Part shown: in pieces, positions 39,509-49,171 of the stretch
Layout: each line of letters starts with the position of its first letter
Position numbering within the stretch: the first letter of the stretch is position 1
NCBI GenBank assembly: GCA_002793915.1
Contig: PFEF01000010.1
Coordinates: 60,011-124,010, forward strand
DNA: 64,000 nt
Source of the DNA: Candidatus Ryanbacteria bacterium CG10_big_fil_rev_8_21_14_0_10_43_42
Lineage (GTDB): Bacteria > Patescibacteriota > Minisyncoccia > Ryanbacterales > 2-02-FULL-48-12
Direction of reading: 5' to 3'
Made by a program: the position numbers and the translations under genes
The notes under the pieces: generated by a model
The model's database searches: none
The model's input: the letters and a program-made list of their open reading frames with translations, nothing else
Told to the model about the DNA's origin: nothing

Positions 39509-40360
39509 ATGAATGCATTACTTCCTGTTGTGGCGGCTATCTTGCAATCGGTATCGTTTACGCTCGATAAAAAGATTTTATCTATGCGCCGGGTGGGGTT
39601 TCGTATGTATACGGGTGTTAGTATGCCGCTTATATTCGGTATAACGAGTATTATTTTTCTACTATTCCGGCCCCCCATTACATCGGAGTTATTTTCGGGA
39701 TACTTGCCGTTGTTTCTTATTATCTCGGTTGTTGGCACTGCTATTACCAATATATTCTTTTATCGAGCACTTGATGGTGATTCGCTTGGAGAAATAGAAA
39801 CGATAAGCCTTATAAATGCGATACCGGTATTAATTGTTTCAAGTATTCTTTTTGTCGATGAGCGTAATTTCTCTATTCTTATACCGGCATTAGTGGCGTC
39901 TAGCGCTGTGATTTGGGCGCATTGGCAACGGCATCATTTTCGTATGGTACGCGGTACCTGGTTGTTTTTTTTGTGGTATTTTATCTATGCGCCGGTGAGT
40001 GCAATACTTTCAAAAGAGCTTCTTTCAGTTTGGAATCCCATTGCTCTTGAATTGGTGCGGTCCGGTGTCTTAGCTCTTATATTTACTATACTTTTTTGGC
40101 AACAAGTAAGGCGTGTGCCGCGGAATGTTTTTTTGTTTCTTTTAGCCACAAATACATTAACGTCGATTAGTTGGATATTATATTATTATGGATATCAGCG
40201 TCTTGGCGTGGTATATACGGTTTTATTATTTTCCTTACAGCCACTGTTGGTATATGCGGCATCTATACTGTATCTCAAGGAAAAACCGCATCGCAAAAAA
40301 AGTATTGCGTTCGGTATCGTTCTTGTTTCCATTGCATACGCACAATTTTTGGCAAGGTAG
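39509..40360 (+). CDS. DMT superfamily (EamA-like) transporter, 10 TM
   Basis: 283 aa, two repeated 5-TM halves, entirely hydrophobic helices. Confidence 0.7.
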   Translation: MNALLPVVAAILQSVSFTLDKKILSMRRVGFRMYTGVSMPLIFGITSIIFLLFRPPITSELFSGYLPLFLIISVVGTAITNIFFYRALDGDSLGEIETISLINAIPVLIVSSILFVDERNFSILIPALVASSAVIWAHWQRHHFRMVRGTWLFFLWYFIYAPVSAILSKELLSVWNPIALELVRSGVLALIFTILFWQQVRRVPRNVFLFLLATNTLTSISWILYYYGYQRLGVVYTVLLFSLQPLLVYAASILYLKEKPHRKKSIAFGIVLVSIAYAQFLAR

Positions 40361-40367
40361 GGGAATG

Positions 40368-41555
40368 CTACGTCTCCTCGACTTCTCCTTCCTCCATTTC
40401 CTCTACTTTTGTGCTTATAGTAAGCACATCAAAACGCTTGACGAGTTCTTTGGTATCTTCTATATCATGTTTCATTTGGGGAGGTAGTTCCTTCACTATT
40501 TTTTTAAGAACTTTTTCATCAGGGGAGAGAAGGAGTTCCCATATATCCATACGCCCCGCGGCTGTTAGAATTTCTTTTACTTTATCAAAATTGTAGGTAA
40601 ACCTCTCCTGTAATTTTTTAGCCACAATACCTTCCGCGCCAAATACACGCGTAACGCCTTCTTTTTCCATATATGTTTTTATATGTGTCTGTAGCTCGGC
40701 AATACGTTTGGTTGTTCTTGTACTTTGTTTTTTAAGGGCAAAAAATTCCGTGAGTATTTCTTCAATGGGTGGTTCTATGACAGCCTTTTTCGTATAGAGG
40801 AATTTCCACGCCGGACATATGGCTTTATATCCACACCAATCACAGAGAGGTGTCGGTTGGGCAGGGAAGGCGTCCTCTTTTATGCTCGTTTCTATGGCGC
40901 GAATGGTTTCTAAAACAGTTTCTTTAATATGATCCAGATCCTCTTTTTTGCGTGTTGTTGTCAGTTTTTCATTGTGCTTTACATACTGCAAGCTAAGACG
41001 GATATTATCAGGATTAATATGCGGCCAGCGGCGTGTAAGACCAAGATAATAAAGGGAAAGCTGTAAATCATCGTTAAGTGATTCTTGGGACTTCATTTTA
41101 CGCGCCGTTTTGTAGTCTATAATTTCATAGGTGTCGTCCGTTGGTTTATCGATGCGATCCATGATACCGGCAAGTGTATGTGTTTCGTTTGTTTTTGGAT
41201 CTTCAATACTAACCTCGAAGCGGGATTCCAGGTCGGCTACATTAAAATTCCATGGAGGATTTTTTTCATAGAAGCGCTTTAAAATGTGTTCGCCTTGATC
41301 CAGGTATGCCTTTCGTTCGGCATCGGTAATATTTAATTTATCTGCGTTTTGCCAAGCGGTACGAAAATGGTTAATAACTTCGTCCAGTGTAGGGAAGAGC
41401 GGATCTTTTGAGAACATATAATGAAGGCCGCTATGCACCAATGTTCCAAAAACAGCTTCTTTGGATTTTGGCTCCCTTACTCTTTCTATGTTTTGGAATT
41501 TATAACGTTGAGGGCATTGCTTGAAGGTTTCCAGTGCGGAATAGGATGTACGCAT
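40368..41555 (-). CDS. Cas4/RecB-like PD-(D/E)XK nuclease with an Fe-S cysteine cluster plus a C-terminal coiled-coil extension
   Basis: N-terminal SALETFKQCPQRYKF (Cas4/AddB-type first Cys), IDYKT (D-x-K catalytic), and C-terminal CDWCGYKAICPAW (three-Cys cluster). No CRISPR array or cas genes nearby. Confidence 0.6.
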   Translation of the reverse strand: MRTSYSALETFKQCPQRYKFQNIERVREPKSKEAVFGTLVHSGLHYMFSKDPLFPTLDEVINHFRTAWQNADKLNITDAERKAYLDQGEHILKRFYEKNPPWNFNVADLESRFEVSIEDPKTNETHTLAGIMDRIDKPTDDTYEIIDYKTARKMKSQESLNDDLQLSLYYLGLTRRWPHINPDNIRLSLQYVKHNEKLTTTRKKEDLDHIKETVLETIRAIETSIKEDAFPAQPTPLCDWCGYKAICPAWKFLYTKKAVIEPPIEEILTEFFALKKQSTRTTKRIAELQTHIKTYMEKEGVTRVFGAEGIVAKKLQERFTYNFDKVKEILTAAGRMDIWELLLSPDEKVLKKIVKELPPQMKHDIEDTKELVKRFDVLTISTKVEEMEEGEVEET

Positions 41556-41606
41556 TTGACTTAAAATTATATTATGGTATAAAAATAAAAAAGAGGGGAT
41601 TTATAC

Positions 41607-41867
41607 ATGACTATTGTAGCATGTTCACGGCATATGTCCGGCAAGAAAGATCAAATAACATGGAAAGGGTACGCATTCTTATGGAGTGCGTCAATGGGCC
41701 TTGCAGTGTTAAGCATAGCTGTTTTAGTGATATATTTTGAAACAGATATGATCCAAAAGGATTTGAAAATCTTTTTGGGGATCACGTTGTTATCAATTTT
41801 TTGCATGATTTGTCATGCTCTTTGGAAGGAGGCGTCATACAATGCTTACTGGAGGAATGGCACTTAA
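41607..41867 (+). CDS. Small 2-TM membrane protein
   Basis: 86 aa with two hydrophobic helices. Confidence 0.35.
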   Translation: MTIVACSRHMSGKKDQITWKGYAFLWSASMGLAVLSIAVLVIYFETDMIQKDLKIFLGITLLSIFCMICHALWKEASYNAYWRNGT

Positions 41868-41983
41868 GCCGGTATCAATAGAAGAGGTGGTTGTTGGAAT
41901 TGGTCTCTTTACGGTAATAATATGGGTGGGGCTTAAGTGTCCCACTCCGAAAAAATTTTGGAATACTCTTTGGGGTATTGGGT

Positions 41984-42011
41984 AATCGATAGATATATAT
42001 ATCTATCGATT
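41984..42011. repeat. Perfect 28-bp palindrome with 11-6-11 architecture (dif-like)
   Basis: AATCGATAGAT-ATATAT-ATCTATCGATT in an AT-rich 470-bp region between convergent genes. Confidence 0.5.
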
Positions 42012-42036
42012 TTTATTACTTTACTTTATGAAAAGG

Positions 42037-42084
42037 AAAGAATATATATGTCGCACAATAACTCTTTTGCGACATATATATTCT
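42037..42084. repeat. 18-bp inverted repeat with a 12-nt spacer
   Basis: aagaatatatatgtcgca-(caataactcttt)-tgcgacatatatattctt. Confidence 0.5.
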
Positions 42085-42334
42085 TTTATATAATATGGTT
42101 TCCTTAGCGTATAAATTCATGCCTGTCATCTATTGATTGGTTATTTTAATTCACCTTCTGTTCCAATAAATATAATGTCCTATAACTCTATTTATTTTTT
42201 TATATTCCTTGCGTACCCCTATTATATAATTCTCGCTTTAAAAAATTGCCCACATAAGCTACTACTCCCCTACACATGCTATCCGATACATTGACAAATT
42301 AAATTTAGTAGTTATTATATAATTTTTAAAAATG

Positions 42335-42598
42335 CTATCCATCACTTGAAGTGCTTGTTGCTGTTTGATTGCTATGTTCCTTTAAATTACCGAGAGTATT
42401 TTTTATAAGATTCCAAAATGTAGTTGCGTATTCTTTTCCATAAGAATTCCAAAAAATATTGATTCCATTGCTCACAAATTTAAAATTTTCTTGAAGCGTT
42501 TTATCGTTAAATACAGATGTTAAACTTACACCGAGCAAGCTTATGATAACGAGTAATAAAATTATGATTATAATTGATTGAATAAATCCCTTGTTCAT
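42335..42598 (-). CDS. Small signal-anchored protein of 87 aa
   Basis: N-terminal hydrophobic helix and an S/T-rich C-terminus. Confidence 0.35.
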   Translation of the reverse strand: MNKGFIQSIIIIILLLVIISLLGVSLTSVFNDKTLQENFKFVSNGINIFWNSYGKEYATTFWNLIKNTLGNLKEHSNQTATSTSSDG

Positions 42599-42624
42599 AA
42601 AAATAAATTATGGATAGACAAGTT

Positions 42625-43884
42625 TTATAAATAAGCGAGAGGATTCAGGTAGCCGCCGTATGGGAGATATTGGCACTTGCTCCCGGGAACTTTGGATGCG
42701 CGAAATTGAACGGTGCTGGAATCGTATACCGTAAAATGTAAATGTGGTCCGGTGGCGTATCCTGTGGCGCCCGAGTAGCCAATAAGATCTCCCCGAGCTA
42801 CTTGTTGTCCTTTGGATGTTTTTATGAGAGACAAATGAGCGTAGAGCGTTGATAGTCCGTTTGAATGCTCAATAAGTACCCATTTACCATATGAAAGACA
42901 TCCCCGGAATGCATCCGTATCGCCGACATCAAGCACGATACCTCTTTCAGCCGCAAAGAGCGGCGTTCCGGTCGGTACGCCTATATCTATGCCATTATGG
43001 GGATGTCCATTATAAAGAATGGCAGAATCCGGCGTGTTGCCGAATCCTTGGGTAAGTTTGGGAGGGTCTTTAACAGGCCAAGCAAGAACCCCTTCATGTG
43101 CTGTCGGTAATAAATTGCGGTCAATACGTTTACGCAGTTCATCTTCAATGCTTTGGATTTCATCAAGCATAGCCTGTCGCTGTTGTTCACGTTCCGCAAC
43201 AAGATTTTCGTATTCTTTTTGTTTACTGCGCGTTTCCGTAAGGAGGGAGTCTTTTTTGTTTTTTGTACTTTGTTCGATAACTTTTCTGTCATCAAGCTCG
43301 CTACTAAGTGATGTGAGGTCTATTTTCCGTCTATGTTCTTCCGCTTCTTTATCTTCCAGATCGCTCTTGAACGTGCGTAAGTTGCCAAGATGTTTTTGGA
43401 TGGATTCTTCCACATTCTGAATATCCTCCATGGTACCAAAAAAATCAGAAATTTGTTCAGTACTAAGCAGTATTTCTACAAGAGAATCGCTGTCGTATTC
43501 ATGTACGGTTTGCAGTATTTCAGCAAGAGCGCGTTTTCCAGAATCAATTTCCTGTTCTTTTGTTTGAATAGCATCTCCCAAAGATTCAAGTTCAAGTTCG
43601 GTTGCCGCAATACGATTTTCCGTGAGGCGAATATCAGTATTTAACTTACCAATTTCGGCATTAACTCGATCAATTTGTCCTTGTAGTGTTTTTGCTTCTT
43701 CATGTGTTTTGGTAAGGGTTTGTTGATAGGCGGCAATTTCGGCTTCAAGTTTTTCTATTGTATTATTGCGTTCCGCGATGCGTGCACGCAGATCTTCTTC
43801 TGTTTCTGCACGAGAATAGAGAGGCATGAAAAACATGCCGGATATGGAGATGAGAAGCCCTGTTATAAGAAATACATATTTCAT
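42625..43884 (-). CDS. M23 (LytM) family peptidase with a long N-terminal coiled-coil (EnvC-like)
   Basis: Signal anchor, about 250 aa of coiled-coil, HNGIDIG and GYATGPHLHF M23 motifs. Confidence 0.75.
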   Translation of the reverse strand: MKYVFLITGLLISISGMFFMPLYSRAETEEDLRARIAERNNTIEKLEAEIAAYQQTLTKTHEEAKTLQGQIDRVNAEIGKLNTDIRLTENRIAATELELESLGDAIQTKEQEIDSGKRALAEILQTVHEYDSDSLVEILLSTEQISDFFGTMEDIQNVEESIQKHLGNLRTFKSDLEDKEAEEHRRKIDLTSLSSELDDRKVIEQSTKNKKDSLLTETRSKQKEYENLVAEREQQRQAMLDEIQSIEDELRKRIDRNLLPTAHEGVLAWPVKDPPKLTQGFGNTPDSAILYNGHPHNGIDIGVPTGTPLFAAERGIVLDVGDTDAFRGCLSYGKWVLIEHSNGLSTLYAHLSLIKTSKGQQVARGDLIGYSGATGYATGPHLHFTVYDSSTVQFRASKVPGSKCQYLPYGGYLNPLAYL

Positions 43885-45290
43885 TGCATATGATCTAATT
43901 TTTTCTGGATAAGCATCTGCGCATACTCTATTCGTTGCATTGTTATTTTTTTGCCTATGACACTCATTATCTCAAATGGTCCGGGAGATGCTTTTCTGCC
44001 GGAAAGCGCCACGCGGAGAGGCCATAGCGTTTCGCCGATTCCACGATTTTTAGCAAGCGGCATTATAATGGTTTCCAGATGCTCTTTTGAAAATACGGTA
44101 TCATCTAACGGGTGTAGTATCTCCATTACAGCAGAAAGATTTTCCGTGAGAGAATGTACATCTTGTTGTCCTTTCCAAGGAAGAAGATCAAAATCATATT
44201 CTGGATTGTTAAAAAAGAAAGAAACACTTTCGGTAGTAATATCTGAAAGAGTTTTAAGTCGGGATTGTTCTATGGCAACAATATGGGCAGTGTAAGATAA
44301 ATCGTTTGTAGGAATCATATTTTTTTTCAGAAAGGGCAGAATACGGTCCATGAGATCATTCAAAGAAAGTGCGCGTATATATTCCTCATTTATCCATGTG
44401 AGCTTATCCTGATTAAAAATAGCGCCACTTTTTTGGACATGTTCAAGCGAGAATTCTTTTATTAGTTCATCCATTGAGAATAATTCTTTATCATTTCCCG
44501 GACTCCATCCCAGGAGTGCCATGAAGTTTATAAGTGCTTCTGATAGGAAGCCCATCTCCTTATAGGAGGCGAGAGATGTTTCGCCATGGCGCTTTGAAAG
44601 CTTGGAACGATCGGTTCCTAATATAAGTGGCAGATGAGCGTAAAGGGGTATTTTAGCGGCAAGAGCGTGGAAAAGAAGGATTTGGCGCGGGGTGTTTGGT
44701 ATATGATCCTCTCCACGGATAACGTGAGTAATATTCATATCGACATCATCTACGACATTTGCCAGGTTAAACAAGGGTGTTTTTACATTTTTTGCAATGG
44801 AAAAATCGCCCAGATGAGCCGCGTTTACGGTAACGGTTCCGCGGATACTGTCATCAAACGAAACATTTCCTTCGGTATCGTTGCGAAAACGAATAATACC
44901 TTCCGAACGATTTTCATCACGATGACTACATCGATGATGCGGTGCTTTTTTATCCTGCATTTGTGCATGTTTCTCGGCATCCAATTCTTCTTTTGTGTGC
45001 GCACAATAAAACGCTTTTCCCTCTGTTAGAAGATTTATTATATGTTTTTCATAAAGATCGGTGCGTTCTGATTGGCGGTATAACTCATCCCATGTAATAC
45101 CAAGCCATGCAAGGTTTGAGATGAGATCTTCTTCATAACGTTTTTCGGAACGTTCTTTGTCGGTATCTTCAATGCGAAGCACAAATATCCCCTTATTTTT
45201 ACGGGTGAAAAGATAGTTAAACAGTGCGGTACGTGCCGTACCGACATGAAACCACCCCGTGGGGCTGGGGGCCATGCGTGTTCGTATCAT
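43881..45290 (-). CDS. gltX: Glutamyl-tRNA synthetase
   Basis: HVGTARTALFNY (HIGH), KLSKR (KMSKS), 469 aa. 4-nt overlap with the downstream M23 peptidase gene. Confidence 0.85.
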   Translation of the reverse strand: MIRTRMAPSPTGWFHVGTARTALFNYLFTRKNKGIFVLRIEDTDKERSEKRYEEDLISNLAWLGITWDELYRQSERTDLYEKHIINLLTEGKAFYCAHTKEELDAEKHAQMQDKKAPHHRCSHRDENRSEGIIRFRNDTEGNVSFDDSIRGTVTVNAAHLGDFSIAKNVKTPLFNLANVVDDVDMNITHVIRGEDHIPNTPRQILLFHALAAKIPLYAHLPLILGTDRSKLSKRHGETSLASYKEMGFLSEALINFMALLGWSPGNDKELFSMDELIKEFSLEHVQKSGAIFNQDKLTWINEEYIRALSLNDLMDRILPFLKKNMIPTNDLSYTAHIVAIEQSRLKTLSDITTESVSFFFNNPEYDFDLLPWKGQQDVHSLTENLSAVMEILHPLDDTVFSKEHLETIIMPLAKNRGIGETLWPLRVALSGRKASPGPFEIMSVIGKKITMQRIEYAQMLIQKKLDHMQ

Positions 45291-45320
45291 ATGCCTTTCA
45301 GTATATCGTAAATACGTATG

Positions 45321-46454
45321 TTATTCTATATCCCCATGCAGGCCCAAGGCAATTATTTCATGAGCTATTTTTTCAGCAGCGTCAAGACGTGCGAATCTCT
45401 GAGCTCCCGCACGCATTTTACTTCGCAATGCTTCGTCTTCGAGAAGATGAATAATCTGACTGGTAAGAACGGTGGGTGTTATATTTGATTCTTCCATAAC
45501 CTCTCCTCCCCCTACGCGTGCGTATGCATAAGCATTTTTTCGTTGATGATCACTTGCCGCATGTGGAAGCGGAATTAAAATACTGGGAATACCCCAAGCG
45601 GCAAGTTCATAAAGAGCCGTTGCGCCTGCACGCGAAACAATCACCGAAGCAATATGAGAGGCATTACGCAATTGATCTTCATCAAGAAATGCAAATGGAT
45701 GATATCGTTTTTTATGAGTAGAGTTTTCAAGAATAACGGATGCATTTTTTAGTACATCGCTATAATTATCCTGTCCGCATTGGTGAATAATTTGCATGCG
45801 TCCTATAAGGCGCTCAATTGCTTGAAGAAGGATGTCATTTATGGGTGCTGCTCCCTGCGACCCTCCTAAAACGAGAAGGGTTGGCACGTGGGTTTCTAGC
45901 TGAAATAAAGTACGCGCCTCTTCCTCGTTCCCCCCGATAACACGGCTCCGAATGGGAATGCCTGTCATAGCAGTCTTCTCTTCCGGGAAATGGATGGCAG
46001 TTTCAGGGAATGATATGGCGATACGTCGGGCGAACGTTGCTGACCATATGTTTACTTTCCCGGGAACGGTATCTGATTCATGTATGAGTATGGGAATGCC
46101 ATAAAATCGAGCGGCAAATAAAATGGGAAACGCCACATAACCACCTTTGCTAAAAATGACATCAGGAAATTCTTTATAGACAACCCAAAAAGCATATATA
46201 ACGGAAAAAAATGTTTTTATGGCATCCCCTATATTTTTTAATGAAAAGTATCTTCGAATTTTTCCGGACGAGAAATGTCGAAATGTAATCTGTTCAAATT
46301 GAAGAATCTCTTCGTCTACGGGTTCATCTGAAATAAGAAGTAGCTCGAGTGATACAAGTTTTTCATCCTCCGCAATACGCCGAAGTTCTCGCGCTACCGC
46401 AATGAGGGGCGTGAAGTGCCCTCCGGACCCCGATCCAAGAAGTGCTATTTTCAT
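45321..46454 (-). CDS. murG: UDP-N-acetylglucosamine--N-acetylmuramyl-(pentapeptide) pyrophosphoryl-undecaprenol GlcNAc transferase MurG
   Basis: GT28 fold with N-terminal GGSGGHFTP motif; 4-nt overlap with ftsW. Confidence 0.8.
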   Translation of the reverse strand: MKIALLGSGSGGHFTPLIAVARELRRIAEDEKLVSLELLLISDEPVDEEILQFEQITFRHFSSGKIRRYFSLKNIGDAIKTFFSVIYAFWVVYKEFPDVIFSKGGYVAFPILFAARFYGIPILIHESDTVPGKVNIWSATFARRIAISFPETAIHFPEEKTAMTGIPIRSRVIGGNEEEARTLFQLETHVPTLLVLGGSQGAAPINDILLQAIERLIGRMQIIHQCGQDNYSDVLKNASVILENSTHKKRYHPFAFLDEDQLRNASHIASVIVSRAGATALYELAAWGIPSILIPLPHAASDHQRKNAYAYARVGGGEVMEESNITPTVLTSQIIHLLEDEALRSKMRAGAQRFARLDAAEKIAHEIIALGLHGDIE

Positions 46455-47551
46455 CGTGTGTATTTAGATATGTTCATAAGAATACCAACACTTGCCAGGT
46501 TCATAATAAGAGCGGATGAACCGAAACTAATAAATGTGAGCGGAAGTCCGGTGAGTGGAAGGAGTCCTGTTATGGCGCCTATATTGGTAAACGCTTGTAC
46601 GATAATAAGGAGTGTTATACCGGCCGCAAGCGTGTGACTAAATCCGTCAGGTGCCCGTGCAGAAATACGCATGCCACGCCAGAAAAAAATAAGGAACATG
46701 GCAGTAAGGATGACACTGCCGATAAAGCCAAATTCTTCTCCAAATATTGCAAAAATGGAATCGCCGGCAGGTTCAGGAACATAATTAAATTTTTGCCGCG
46801 ACATACCAAACCCGCGTCCGAATATACCTCCGGATCCAATAGCGATGAGTCCCTGATGCAGTTGATAGCCAATTCCTTGCGTATCTTCTTTCGGATGCAA
46901 AAAAACAGCCAGTCGATCACGTCGATAAGGTTGAAAATAGATAATAAGTCCAAGAACTGCCACGCCTAGAAGTAATAGTAAGGCAATTTGAGACATTCTG
47001 CCACCGCCAATAAAAAATAGCAGTATGGATGTAATGACAAGAATACCAAGAGTGCCAATGTCGGGCTGTAAGACGAAAAAAACAGAAACAATACCAAGCA
47101 TTACAAGAAACGGGAGGAATCCCATGGAAAAGCTGGCAATGTCTTTCTTTTTTGTTTCTATCCAGGCCGCCAGGTATATGATAAAGGCGAGTTTCGTAAT
47201 TTCAGCAGGTTGAATTGTTATGGGACCCACTTTTATCCATCTACTGGCCCCCTTTAGTTCAAGGCCAATGTTTGGAATAAATACAAGAATCATCATGAAA
47301 AGAGCACCGATAAGAAGAACGGGAGCAAGTTTTTTCCAGTACTGATAGCGAATTTTTGACCCTAAAATAAGAGCAACTACGCCAATACCGGCACCAATAG
47401 CCTGATTTGAAAGATAATAATACTCCTCTCCAAATCGACTGCTTCCCAAAATGGGAGAAGCTGATGCAATAATAAAGAGTCCCACTATAACAAAAAGTAC
47501 TGTAGTACCGAGAAGAATATAGTCGGGTTGATGTTGATGTGTAGAACTCAT
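46451..47551 (-). CDS. ftsW: SEDS family peptidoglycan polymerase FtsW (could be FtsW or RodA; FtsW by context)
   Basis: 10-TM SEDS protein between the amidohydrolase and murG, with 4-nt overlaps on both sides. Confidence 0.7.
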   Translation of the reverse strand: MSSTHQHQPDYILLGTTVLFVIVGLFIIASASPILGSSRFGEEYYYLSNQAIGAGIGVVALILGSKIRYQYWKKLAPVLLIGALFMMILVFIPNIGLELKGASRWIKVGPITIQPAEITKLAFIIYLAAWIETKKKDIASFSMGFLPFLVMLGIVSVFFVLQPDIGTLGILVITSILLFFIGGGRMSQIALLLLLGVAVLGLIIYFQPYRRDRLAVFLHPKEDTQGIGYQLHQGLIAIGSGGIFGRGFGMSRQKFNYVPEPAGDSIFAIFGEEFGFIGSVILTAMFLIFFWRGMRISARAPDGFSHTLAAGITLLIIVQAFTNIGAITGLLPLTGLPLTFISFGSSALIMNLASVGILMNISKYTR

Positions 47552-49140
47552 GCGTTTTCGGCGCGAAGAACACTTCCCGCTCGTGCGTCAGTAAGGGCAC
47601 CATTCTTTACAGCAATTACGCCATTTACAATAACGGTAGAAATACCCTCCGGATACATAAAAGGATTTTCATAAGATGCTTTGTCGCGAATAATCTCTGG
47701 ATTTATAAGTGTTATATCGGCCGTTTTCCCCATTTCAATAGTGCCTTTGTCGGAAAACCCTAAAAGAGATGCCGGTGCTTTTGTCATTTTAAAAACGGCT
47801 TCCTCCCATGATATAAGATTCTTTTCACGGATATAGGTGCCTAAAAATTGTGCCGTGGCGCCAAATGATCGGGGATGTACTAAATCCCCTTTTATTTCAA
47901 CGGGAGAATGAGCACTGAGACCGAAACTGTCGGTGGAAAAAACAACAAAAGGTTCCTTATAAAGAAGTTCCACATGTTCTTGATTAATGGTATCCCCGAA
48001 GATAGTAACGGAAAGATTATTCAGCTCGAGAATTTTTAATAATGTTTCTTCCGGTGACATCCCCCATCCTGTGCCAATATCGGCAATCGTGTTTCCTATA
48101 ATTGGTTTTGTTTCGCGTACGGATGCTATTGTTATTTTATCATAATGAAGAGTAAGTTCTTTTATGCCTTGGAGAAGATTTTGTTTCTCCATAGGATTTT
48201 TTATGCGCTCGATTATTTGTTTTTTACCCCCTTCGCGCGCCCAGCTTGGCAAAAGAGCGTAGAGCAAAGATCCTGTTTTGGTATACGGAAACACATTTGC
48301 TGTTATGGGTACACCTTCTTCCCGTGCTGAGCGGATAAGATTTAATGCTTGGGTAAATGTTTCCCACGAATGCTTTCCTAGCGATTTTAAATGTACGATG
48401 TGGACGCGGGCATTTGATCCGCGTGCAATGCTAATGGCTTCATTGACGGCAGGAAGAAGATCTTTTCCTTCATCCCGGAGATGTATTGTGACCAGTCTTT
48501 TTTTATCTGCCGCCATTTGAGCAAGAGTAATCAATTCCTCGCGCGTTGCAGGTTGTCCATGACTAAATGCAAGTCCGAATGATATACCAAGAGCACCGTC
48601 ATCAAGCGCCTCCGCAAAAAGCCGTTGCATGCTATGAAGTTCGGGCATGCTTGCCGAACGGGCTTTATCCCCCATAACGTCACGTCTCAGTGTTCCGTGA
48701 CCTATAAGAGTTGCAAAATTTACACCAATGGGGTGCCGGGAAACTTCCTGTAAAAATTCTTCCGTTGAAAGCCAGTTGGTGTTTATGGTGGATATATCCA
48801 CCCATTTTTGTACGCTTCCCAGTACTTCATTACCGCGAATGAGTGGTGTAAGTGAAGATCCGCATGAGCCGCCCACGATAGTGGTGATTCCTTGCCTTAG
48901 CATGCTTTCCAGAGATGGTTCCGAAAGGAGTGTCCAGTATGTATCGGAATGATTGGTAATATCAATAAAGCCCGGGCAGATAAAAAGATTTGAGGCATCA
49001 ATTATTTGCGTTGCTTCTGTGTCGGTAATTGTGCCAAGTCCCATTATTTTTCCGTTATGTATGGCAACATCACCTTTATACGGAGATTTTTTCCCCGTAC
49101 CATCTACAATGACTCCGTTTTTTATAAGAATGTCAACCAT
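47548..49140 (-). CDS. D-aminoacylase-family amidohydrolase (N-acyl-D-amino-acid deacylase-like) embedded in the dcw cluster
   Basis: N-terminal DILIKNGVIVDGTG...GDVAIHNGKI, C-terminal GKTADITLINPE...YPEGISTVIVNG, typical of this family. The usual HxH site is replaced by ITNH. Lies between mraY and ftsW where murD normally sits. Confidence 0.65.
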   Translation of the reverse strand: MVDILIKNGVIVDGTGKKSPYKGDVAIHNGKIMGLGTITDTEATQIIDASNLFICPGFIDITNHSDTYWTLLSEPSLESMLRQGITTIVGGSCGSSLTPLIRGNEVLGSVQKWVDISTINTNWLSTEEFLQEVSRHPIGVNFATLIGHGTLRRDVMGDKARSASMPELHSMQRLFAEALDDGALGISFGLAFSHGQPATREELITLAQMAADKKRLVTIHLRDEGKDLLPAVNEAISIARGSNARVHIVHLKSLGKHSWETFTQALNLIRSAREEGVPITANVFPYTKTGSLLYALLPSWAREGGKKQIIERIKNPMEKQNLLQGIKELTLHYDKITIASVRETKPIIGNTIADIGTGWGMSPEETLLKILELNNLSVTIFGDTINQEHVELLYKEPFVVFSTDSFGLSAHSPVEIKGDLVHPRSFGATAQFLGTYIREKNLISWEEAVFKMTKAPASLLGFSDKGTIEMGKTADITLINPEIIRDKASYENPFMYPEGISTVIVNGVIAVKNGALTDARAGSVLRAENA

Positions 49141-49171
49141 ATGTGTAAGTAGTATATATAGCGAGTTGATT

